In this document: positions 1-11,226 of the stretch, one piece after another
Layout of the letters: each line of letters begins with the position of its first letter
Numbering within the stretch: the stretch's first letter is position 1
Assembly (NCBI RefSeq): GCF_001949145.1
Contig: NW_019091361.1
Location: 2,403,825 to 2,467,824 of the forward strand
From: Acanthaster planci
Taxonomy: Eukaryota
DNA length: 64,000 bases
Reading direction: 5' to 3'
The notes under the pieces: generated by a model
What the model saw: only the letters and a program-made list of their open reading frames with translations
Databases searched by the model: none
What the model was told of the DNA's origin: nothing
Made by a program: the position numbers and the translations under genes

Positions 1-70
1 GGCATAATTCAGAGCCCCCTTCCCAGCAGGCATAATTCAGAGCCCCCTTCCCAGCAGGCATAACTCAGAC
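1..70. repeat. 28-bp tandem repeat (GGCATAATTCAGAGCCCCCTTCCCAGCA), about 2.5 copies, may continue beyond the left edge
   Basis: Identical units at 1-28 and 29-56, degenerate third unit from 57. Confidence 0.85.
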
Positions 71-3000
71 TACCCCCCCTCCCTTCAATATCAGTAGCCC
101 CCTTCCCCTGGATAGCTATTTTTTTTTCCTCTCTTTTTTCCCCCAAAACAAATTTGGATGGTGCAGACGGATCTTCTCGTCGCTGATGCAGTCCCCCATT
201 CAAATGGGTGGTCATGTACGTGTAGTCGTGGTGCCAAGAATACATGTCCATGTACCTCCATAGCTGAGTGCAAATGAGTCTGAGATAACACGGTGGAAGG
301 AGGGTTTTCTTTGCTTTTCAGTGCTGCCGGTGATTGTCCGAGCACACACCAACCCCTTGTCAGTCTCCCAAGCCCCATAACAGTTTTCTGAAAAATATCG
401 TGTACCGAATTTATTCCCTTGCTTTCTGATTTTCAGTTCAGAAATCTCATGGGTTTCACAAATGCACTGCCTGTGGTTGTGCACTGTGTAGCAGCACAAT
501 ACTGTCTTTTCTGTAATCTTTTCCTTTCTCTTTTCATGTCCAAATCCTGCTGGACCATGAACTCGGCAGGAAAGCATTGCTATTTTAGTCATCCTTAGTG
601 GGTATTATCTTTCCGTTTTAAGAGGCCCTTTCAATTTGTAATTCAAATCACCTTACCGCCATTCAGTGGAAGATAGACGTAGGGATTTTAATTCTCTTTT
701 GGCCCTTGTTTAGACTGGCCTGAGGTTCATCCACCCTTGAATAAGAAAAAACTCTCATTGTCATATACGATGATTTTAAACCTTGGGTTTCCTTGCCGTT
801 TTTGAAGACGGTTTTGTAGAGGAAGACCGAGTCAGCTAATCAGATTGAGCACCAAGTTGTCATTTGGAAAAGCAATACGTGTCTGCACTTTCTGGTTCTC
901 TGTTGGCTTCCTCCTTTTTCAAATTAAATTTGCTGTCAATAATTTGCTTATTTGTGTGGGTGAGTAAAGAATGGCAAAACCTGACAAATAAAGGTGTCGC
1001 CATGGGGATGAACTTCAGATGGGCGGAACAGAGAGATGCGTGCGTGGACAGGTGGCAAAAACCTGCAGGTGCCCTCTGTAGATAAGTCATCATAAGTGCC
1101 CACTGTGGACAGGTGTACACATTGGACAGGTGGTCCAGCTGAACTGGCCATGTTGGGTGGTCGCATCGGGCAGGTGCCAACGGTGGATGGAATGATCATA
1201 ATAAGAGGATGGCTACAGTGAAAACTGGCCATGGTGGAGAGGTTCCAAGATGGCCATGAGAGGCCAATGGCTACATCAGCAGATGCCCGTAATAGACAGT
1301 TGCCTGCAGTGGATGAACGGTTACGGTAGAAAGTTGGCTACTACAAATTTTCCACTCCATGGTCTACATTTCTGTCTTGTTCTTTCACCTGAGCAAAGCT
1401 GGGTGATGTAATTAAATAAAAAAACTCTGATCATGTTCGGCTGCTTTTATTTTGGATTATTAAACCACATTTTAATGAAGGCTTTAGCCGATCAGTAATC
1501 CAATTAACATCTGCACAGCATTTGCACATATGGCTAGAAGATTTGTGCTTGTAACGGTGAGATTCAATGTCAGTGCTACATGTTAGTAATTTGCATAATG
1601 GGTGATGGTTGTACACTTAATAATATGTGAATGATCTGGAATATTAATCCAGGCAGTCTCAATTCACAGCCATGCAGCACGTGAACACATGGACAAATCA
1701 AAACAAATCACAAAATTAACTGCAGTAAGATCCTAATCTAAATCCCATTCACAATCCGTAGAATTAAAAAACATAACTAACTTCAAATGAACACTAAAGA
1801 CTAGACTTAGTATTGACAGAATAATAAAACAATTCGTGAGATTTTTTCACCAGAAAAAAAAAATGAAAGCTTTCAGGCATTTTAGTGACGATTTCCAAAT
1901 AAAGGTATACAAATCAATTCAAGTGAAAAGGAACACGCAAAACGTGATACATGTGAAAATTAAAACCAGAAATGTTAAGGACAAAACACAACCACAATTA
2001 AATTTACATGTACATAGATTGCAGTGCTGATCCTTAATGCGGTTGAAGCGGACGCACCCGCCCCAGCTTTAAAGAACTGAAAGAACAGTGATTCCACTGA
2101 AGAAGGGGGTTGTACAACCAGCATTTCATAAATTTCCAGCAGGTGGTACAGGCAACTCCAGGTTTTTTACTTGTGCTCTTCAAAGTCTGCCAGCCGTTGT
2201 TAGCGGTCCCAGTGCAGCAAGCATTGCTCGGGTTTGCCCGACTGTCGCATAAGGAGGATCATTCATGCAAGCATGATGTTACGTTTTTCTCCCGACTGGC
2301 GACTGTCTTGTGCCTCTGTTGTTTCTGCTTATGTGGCGGAAATCTTGCACTTAATTAGCCAGTAGACAACCTGTAAAGTAAATGCTCCTGTCATGTGCAG
2401 ACGGGCAGTCAGATTGATGAGGGAATGCACTTTTGTAAGGTTTGCTTTGAAAGAAAAAAGTTGTCGAAATCCAGGGAACAAACAACCCAAAGATGGATGG
2501 GGGTTGTGGAACTAGGATTGTGGGCATGAACATGCTTACACCCCCCCAAGAAAATGTAATTTGTAGGTTCTCAAGTAGAAATGTAAAGGAGGGTGCGTTT
2601 ATTTTGGCACTATCTCTGCCTCACCCCCATCCCAATGTATTTTTAATTTCAAGAAATGGGGTTTCTTCCGGTAGAATTTCATCAGCTAAGTACGACGACC
2701 TGAGCAAAGCCAGCTTTGCAAAGAACCGTGAAATTCTTTATTTCCCCCTCTGCGCAAATCCCCTCTCCGATCATTGAGGAAACTGCTTTGCCTTTCAAGA
2801 AAAGTCTTATAAGAACTCTCAAATGAGATTTTGGTCTCCTCCATCCTGCAATTTTCCTTCATAATCCCACAATGCAAGCTATTCTGACTTGAATGTCGTC
2901 ATGCCAAACTCTTTTCTAGAGAGCGAAACTCTACTCTTTTCTGACAAGCCAGACAAGCATCAGAATAACATTTTTTCAGTCAAGTTGATTGAATCGCCGT

Positions 3001-5261
3001 ACTTGTACCAATCCAATCGATTTCCTTACCAAACTCTCTCAGTCTCACAAAGGGCTTAATTCCACTCTTTTCTTCTGGGAATTATTTAATGGCTCTGTTT
3101 ACCATTACCAAAACAGCGTACAGGTACATGTATATCATGAGTAAGCAAGAAATTTGTTAGGATAATCTTCTCTTCCTTCGTAGTTTTCCTTCTTCAGCTG
3201 AAGTTCTTCTTCCCTGTCTGTAACCGATGAAATTGAGAGAGTAACCCCTTGTTTCAAATTGCGATTTGAGTAGGACTGTGTTGGTTGGATGTTGCCACAA
3301 GCAGTCAGAGATGCTGGGTGAGGTGTTATATTGGACTCTGTGTGCCCAAAGGAGTATTCCGAGGATAATTTGATTTCGGTAAATTATACCTTCCAAAGCC
3401 ATTAGTAGGCGCAGAAAATGGACGTAATTTAAGCAGTGGTACTTCCGTTCTGACACAACACCGCATTAGCCCATGGGCCACCTGAAACCTCCTCCGTTGA
3501 TCACATGATCTCAGGCAGTGACTCTGAACAAAATTTTGACCCAAGAGTCGCAGTGTTGCTACGGGGAACACTGATTGCCCTGTGACAGTTGTAGCAGTCT
3601 CACACAAATTTCACTGTTTAGCTCAAATTGAAAGAGACAAGATGAGCGCGTATGCGACTAATGAAAATATATTATAGACATATTATCATGCACATGTATT
3701 TGTGGTTGTAAAACCAAGGATTTCCTCCCCAATTGTAGCTCTGCAGTTCACAAGCCTGAAGAAACCTTGTATGCTTGAAGAAGTCTTTGTATTTTTTATG
3801 ACCTTTAAGGTTATTAAAGTTCAGTAAGTTCAATAAACACAAGTTCCAACAAAAGCATGAAATCCTTCCTCCATTTCAAATAAATCCTTGAAATTCTGTC
3901 ATCACTTAAAACTGTAGTTACCTTTTGGTTTGAATTCCTTTATCAAACAGAAAACACTAGCACTGGTGCGTTTTTGTATCACTTTTTGCATTCAGGAGGC
4001 AGAGTTGGATCGTTTAGCCAAACAGTACGTCTCAGCATCTGCATGAGGTAGGGGACCAGACCGCAGCCAATCTACAAACCACCACTGACTGACCTGGTTA
4101 ATACATACATGTACCGTTATACTTGTTCACCCGTAGTTACGAAAGAAAATCTTACCCTTGATAACATTGACGGTGTAGATCGGGGGGCACCTGGAAAAAT
4201 TCCTAAGGCTATGGGCGCTACATGTCACTGTTGTAGCTTACCTGCAGCTTTGATCTAAAGAGCTAGGACAAATATTATGGCATCTGGTTACTGAATTTGT
4301 AAAGAATCATCGTAGCAACCGTGTGAGCAAAAAGCAGAAGATTGGTAATATTTCTCTACTTCCAACAGAGAAGTACAAAGAGTGCTTGTTGATTTATACA
4401 CATACTTGTCCATTTTTCTTTAGCAATCCCAGGAAAGATGCTTTGATTTAATCCCCCATCTGTAGAAGAGCGAACCAGTCACGACTTGCCCTGAAAACCC
4501 TTAATAGAAATCCAACGAAGCCTTTTAGTTGGTTTTGAGAGCTTAATACCAACCCCCCAGACACACTGGATTTGATTACATGGCCGATAAAATCCACGAC
4601 TCTCCGCGACCACTTTCTGGCAACCTGTGTCAACAGGTTTTTGGTTTTTATTTCCCCCACAGTTTTTTTTTGTTTGATTTTCCAATGGAAGATCTGAGAA
4701 GAAAATGTTTACAAAAATTGTGTTTTTCCCCTATCGCCTGTTTTTCCTGCATTTATTGTTTGGACGAGGTATGTGAAACATTGTTATGATTTCAATTGTA
4801 CATTTTACCAGTAATAACCTTTTTGAGGGTTTTGCTATATTATTGCAAACGTATTAATTTTATATTGTTCCAGCCTGTACACTTTTTGCTTGAAGTATTT
4901 GCTTGGGATAAGATCAAGGTTGTAGGATACAGTATCGATTCTTTTAGCAATTGTTAGTCATGGGTCTTGGGCCTTTATCAATAACCTGAGAAGTGCATGT
5001 TTTGGGGTCTCATAGTTGCAAACCTGATCCTGTTGAACTGCATGTATCTCTCTCGACATATGTGTTGTTGACGTAGTTTCAGACTACCAGTTATTCACAC
5101 GTGGTTCCGTGACGCACGCCAATTTCTTTTCCCACTCGGTGGGGTTATGCCATAGTCCCATCATGAAATAAGTGCTTGTTTCTGCTTTTGGGGTCATGGA
5201 TAACTCAAAATGTACGTGTATTTCCTTGGTATTTCATCATGCTCTTTCCTTATTTGGAGTG

Positions 5262-5383
5262 AGTAGTGCACCCCGTCTGTATAGTCGATATTACGTAATC
5301 ATTTCGAGCCTCTCGACGAATCAGAACGCTGGATTTGGCCTCATTAGCATAATTTGTCGACTATACAGACGGGGTGCACTACT
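5262..5383. mobile_element. 122-bp non-autonomous TIR element with Polinton/Maverick-type termini
   Basis: Perfect 27-bp TIRs AGTAGTGCACCCCGTCTGTATAGTCGA (5262-5288 and 5357-5383); exact 6-bp TSD GGAGTG (5256-5261, 5384-5389). Superfamily is inferred from the ends. Confidence 0.8.
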
Positions 5384-8300
5384 GGAGTGTAAAGTTAATA
5401 CTTGTCCAGCATTGTTCTCATTGAAGAAATGGGACAAATAAAACGCCTGCAGTAAAGCGGCTCAAGTTTGTGAAGTTATCGCTACCGCTGTCACTTTCAT
5501 TTTCAAGTATATGTATAGCATGGGAATGAACACTTCTTTTTTCATTACAAAGTGCCAGATTAAAAAGATGTCCCATGTTTGATTGTGGTCTGCATGTCAG
5601 TGTGACAGCCACGTCAGGCTTTTTACTCCATTATGTTAATTTCGACAAGAATTGTGAGTATTAGCGAAGAGAAGCTCAGCTTTACTGGTAACTATGAACA
5701 GACATCCTTTATTTTTTTTACCCATATAATAATGGACAGTTGCACTGCAATATAATATTACACATGGGAATACTTACAAAATGTACATATAAAAATCATA
5801 TACCATATCACAGTTATTCACCAAGTATAAAATGTATCTGCATTTCATTAAATTTCACATCTTTTCTCGTAAATATAAGTAGTTTTCCGTTTTTAAAAAT
5901 ACAGTTTGGATTGCACAGTATTTCGTGAATACAGGTGTATCGTAGGGTAATGTACATAAATATACATCACATAGTATATTAATTTCAAGTTCGTATTTCA
6001 ATTAATTTCAATTACATGCAATTGGAAAAGTTCTTCAAGGTCTAGCATACTTGTCATCTTTGAGGCAAAACGGCAGCCCGCGTCGATATTTTTTACTTGT
6101 AAATATTTAGTGACAGGTACCAAGCCACTGTAGTCCTACATTGTAATTCTTTTCAGTTTATTTACAGAAATGGCAAATTAGAACCATCAAGGAGCATACT
6201 GTTTATGGATTCTGAAAGCCAAGTGTCTGTGCGCGTTGAGCATTGATGTGGATGAGTGATGTTTTTACGAGACCCCTACCTCTCAAATCTTCTCCCGGTA
6301 CAACTGATGCTCCAATCACGAAACGGAGCAAAATGTCTCATTTACGCGAGGCATAGCAACATTGCAGCGTGCTCTTTAAAAACCACACGATCTCAAAGCA
6401 AAGCCGTCCTCAGACTTTTTTTTTCATACACGACAGCGAAATTGCAATCCGTGTCCTGCTGTCTTGGCCGACTGGCGGACCGCGCAATTATGGGTTTCAT
6501 TCGACCGATTGACGAAAATGACCATAGCAAGTGCTTGTTTGCCAAAATCAGTCTGTGAGTTCAGATGCATTTTATGAAATTCGTGAGGCATGTGTTATAG
6601 CACAATGAAGCATTTTATTTGTATGAATGACTTCACCGACAAGCGTTTTTCACACAAGCGGCCAAAAACCGCGTATACAATGACAAAAGTACAATTTCCT
6701 TCCATTTTAAAGGTGTTCAGAGCATTGGATATCAACACTCTGTCTGACGATCAGCGACCCAAGTCTTGAAGGCCGCTGAATAACATATGTCAATTAAAAT
6801 GTGCTTGTTGTTGTACTCTGAAAATAATGCCTCTCAAACGATTCACTCTGCAAATTCTATGCAACAACGAGACAGAAAACACAAACCATCTTATCAAAAA
6901 AAAGATAAAACAGAGCCCCCCCTTGTGAAAGATAACGTAACAGCTCAGAATAATGTGCAGGCATAATACATGTATACCATATTACATGTACATGTATACA
7001 CGTAAGGATTCTGTGAAACTGGGAATCATTTTGGTGCAAATATTGTGAAACTGGGAATCGTTTTGACGCAAATAACACCAAAACTTCAATGTACGTGCTA
7101 TATACGAACGTCGTACCTTGATTCTAGGTTTTATAGTCCGTGGTGTGATGCTTGAAACGTGACGCTTGAGTGGCCTCACATCGAGAAAAAGCATATTGCT
7201 CAGAGAGGGGTTATTTTTTTGGGGGGGGGGATTCCTCACAGCTTTTGTAATAATGTTTCACCGCCCACATTTGTGCAGCTGCGCATGCTTCAAGTGGTCC
7301 TGTGTTGCACGTCCGCCTGGTGACCGATTTACGAGACAACAATTTTCTAATGCGTAGGCGAGATATCAATCAACATGATAAACTCGGCACGGCCGACAGG
7401 TCGAATTCCCACCGAGTCCATTGCACACTGTCCTGCAGCCTCAGAGCGGCCGATACGACGGATTATCACGAATGGGTCGTTTCATTTCGATGCACGTGTA
7501 GGCCTACATGTACAGTATTAATGGACCATGCGGAGGTCGAGGTACGGCCGACGTGCACTACTTCTGTGTACGGCTGTAACAGCGAATGGTTGCATCTGTC
7601 TGCACCACTTAGTAGTTTGTATAATCCTTTCACCAGGACTGCATAATTATATGTCACTGTTTTGACCGGACAATCATCCCCTCAGTTAACGGCAATGCAG
7701 TTTGACAAGTTTGTCCCGTTTCTTACATTCACGTCTCAAAACATATAAATCCCGTTTTTCTTTGATGTGTCAAGCCTCAATCTCATGAGAACAACCCACG
7801 AAATTTTCAGCCGCGTCTCTCGAAGAGCAACTGTGACGTACGTCTAACTGGCCGTGACACATTTTGAGCTCAAATTTGAGCGCGTTGCAGCACAGTTAAT
7901 CCGACGCTCGGCGATCACGGACGCCAAATTTTCCGCTTCTCTGACAGAGAAGACTTGTACCATTTTAAAATTCTTCCGATGAAATTTCGCTGATGTTGCG
8001 AGATACTGGAGTCCGTCACTTCATAAGTCGTAATTGCCCTATTTTACAGCTTGCGTTTTCCTCCATCTTATTAGTATCCGCTCAAACGATTCAATTGAAA
8101 CCAAACACTGGAGCGCTGCGGAGTTGGTCTTCTTGAAATAATTTTTTGTAGCTTTTTTGGTTTCATCCGTCTTTTGGTAGTTCCACGAGTTATCTTCTGT
8201 ATTCTATCTGAGGCTCTTCGGATTAACTAGGTTAAGACAATATACTGAAAAAAAACCCTGTATATCATTAACGTGACCCAGAGTAGCTAAAAACACGTGG

Positions 8301-11226
8301 AAACAGTAGTTTATAGATGTAAGTGCCTATCGATAGCGTTAGTATTTTGTGCAATCTTAGGAAGCGTCAACTAAAACGACTCACAGGGACGATGGTCTGA
8401 TCACGGCCTGAAGCTGAAAATCCAATCAATTATTGTCTGTCTCCCTGCAGATCCCCTCCGGGCATACAGCTTGAAGATTATGATCTCACTGCATTACGCA
8501 ACGCCCCTGAGTTCCTCACGTAGACCATGTCAGGCTCTGGGACATTTTTTTTTGTCATGATGTTTGTTGCCAATGCCGTCGGTCCATCGCCGTCATCTTT
8601 TATCATGGGTTATATGCCCATGCGCACAGGCCGGGCTTATGCTGGATCATTGAGCTTTTATACCGTATACATGTAGCTCTATGTAGTGCTGAATGCGTAT
8701 ACAAAAAACCCACTGGGACAACCCTGTACAACGACCATTGTACCAATCACTGTTCGAATCGGTGTGGTAGGCCTAGCCCNGACTCGCTGACCATTGTGCG
8801 CTTGACTGTGTGCACAGAACCAAAACGGGCGTGCAAGGTTTCTGTTCGGATCTCACGGGAATATTAATATGATGAAGGTTTCTTTGCACACACACCTAAC
8901 TATATTGACATCAGTTTTAAGAAACACAGACGCATTCAGCGTACCATACCAAGCCGTGCAGACTATCCGGAAAATGATGGTTTGTAATGTCCTTTGACCA
9001 CAATGAAAGCAGATTGGCGTCTTCAGAAAATTCTTCCCTCAATAAGATGGTTTTGATCGATGTAACTTTTTCCACGTACACTTTCCTTACACCAATATCT
9101 TTCACAATATAGGCCTACCCGGCAGTTATAATGAAACTTGGTTTTGTTTGCCACAGCCCACAGAAGAAAGCTGCAAACTTTGCACGGCATGCGCAGGCTA
9201 TTTTATGAAGGGCTACTCTCTTGTCGATACAGCCGTTACTACCTTGAATATCACCCAGCGTGCATATAGATTTTGTCGCGATTAGGTGAAACTGCTTGGT
9301 TTAATGTGAAAATTTATCCTATATCTCTGTCTATTCCAAATTCATATGTAAGGAGGTCAAAATGGGATTTGCAGTCGTTCCGTGTGACCATGCAGAAACA
9401 AACAGAACTGTCACTTAACACGCCACGTAAACCAGGTTAAGGGGGAAAAAACCTTGGGAAAACAAAAGGAACCATAGGCCCTAAAAAGACTCCCGTTTTG
9501 GGTCAGCGATGTCCAAAAGCTGCCAAACTTGCTTAATCGACCGGAATCCTGTTACTGCATAATGTTAACGTGTTTTTGATGGGGTACAGTTGAGTAATAT
9601 GTACAGTAAAGGAGTCCTGGCAGTTCCCCCATACATTTAGCGGGGCACTCCTTTTCAGATGACGTCATTTCTGTATTATACAGTTACATATGGGAACCAG
9701 ACAAACGAGGTTGCCTTATGTCCTGTATACATGTACAAGCTGAAAATGCTTTTATACAGTAAAAAAAAAAAATGCAGGGACCAGTCTATTTTAATGTTGG
9801 TAGCGACCGGAGTTACCGTGCGCATGCAGTCGCGATGGGCATCGCGCGTTATCTTAGCCTACATCATTTCTAGCAAAAAGTGAGGGTAAAAAAAAACCCT
9901 CGTCGCCGCACCCCTTTTGCCTTTTGGAGCCAGCTCCTGACCAGAAACCGGAGACTTTCTTGTGGACATACACCTACATTTTTGCCCGCGTAACGTTTCC
10001 TGTTTTGCAAAAAAGCGGGCTTAGCGTAACTTAAATTATTTCACCTCGGTCTGCGAGACTTCTTACAGAATCCAGTCTGTTCACAGGATAAGAAAATTGA
10101 CCTTGGAGAAATAACATTAAATTTAAATTTTGTATTTTGTGTTTGGCCAACTAAAATAGTATTTCTGCTCATTTCTGCGCTTATTATGACTAGGCCTGTA
10201 CTACAGTACAATGTTGTACTTAAGGCTCAATCCAGACAGCTTCGAGAGACGACCATTTGAATAACCACACGTCAATTTCGCCTGGAACCTGGGGATAGGC
10301 CTATCTTTTGTGCAAAGGTTTACACATCAGGGAAAGTCGGCTATGTGTGTAAAAGACAACCGAGAACTGTTCCCACGATAATGCCTTATACACATGTATT
10401 GACGTATTCACTTCGGCACTCATGTAACGTCACTTCCTACAAATTGCCACGTGCATTGACATTTTAACTTCCCTTTTTTTACTTTTTACTCAATGCACCT
10501 GGTGGCTTTGTATACGCAGTTGCAACCTCGATTCCATTGGCTGCGTGCGCGTTCTACTACCGCTTGAGATCACTTAAGATCGCGCAAGGCATGGTGGGAA
10601 CCAACACGGCGTGGCAAGATCGTACCCATGGTAACGAGGTTGACGCAGTTGCAATTTTCCTACAAAGATGGCGTCCAGTGAGAGAGATCTATATTGGTCG
10701 ACACTATGACCGTTACTGGAACTTTCCCATGTCGTCGTCTTACGAGACACACAGCGACCAGTGTATTGCACGTGGAAGTTATGAACCTTACTGTCGCAGT
10801 ATGGTCGTGACATTTCTTAAATTAGAAATGTTGAAAATACGCTTGAATTTTTCATGCACTTGTAGCGTGGCCAAGAACATTAATGGTCCTCATTATATCA
10901 AAGGCATATACATGTATGTGAATGAACCACCGTTCCAATTACTCCTATCAATGATGCTGTGTGCCACGCCATCGTGTTTAACGACAAAACTGCCTGTTTT
11001 GAATGGAAGCAAGAGAGAAAATGAAAGCAAAATATTTCCCCTACTTTCCTCCGAGCCTGAATCATACAACGGTGGCCCCGCCTCTCTGATGAGACCCCTC
11101 ATTCCAACACATGGGTTCTTGCTTGTTTTCCTTCAATCAAGAACAACAATCAGGGGATGGTGAGAGTTTCCCGCCAGATTGTTATAGCTGCGGGCCCACA
11201 GTGACGAATGCCATTTGTGTTGTGGA

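Noticed and set aside
10537..11163. 208-aa plus-strand ORF downstream of the GPCR
   Set aside because: Starts at TTG, has no recognisable domain, and lies antisense to the likely GPCR 3' UTR; probably a chance ORF.
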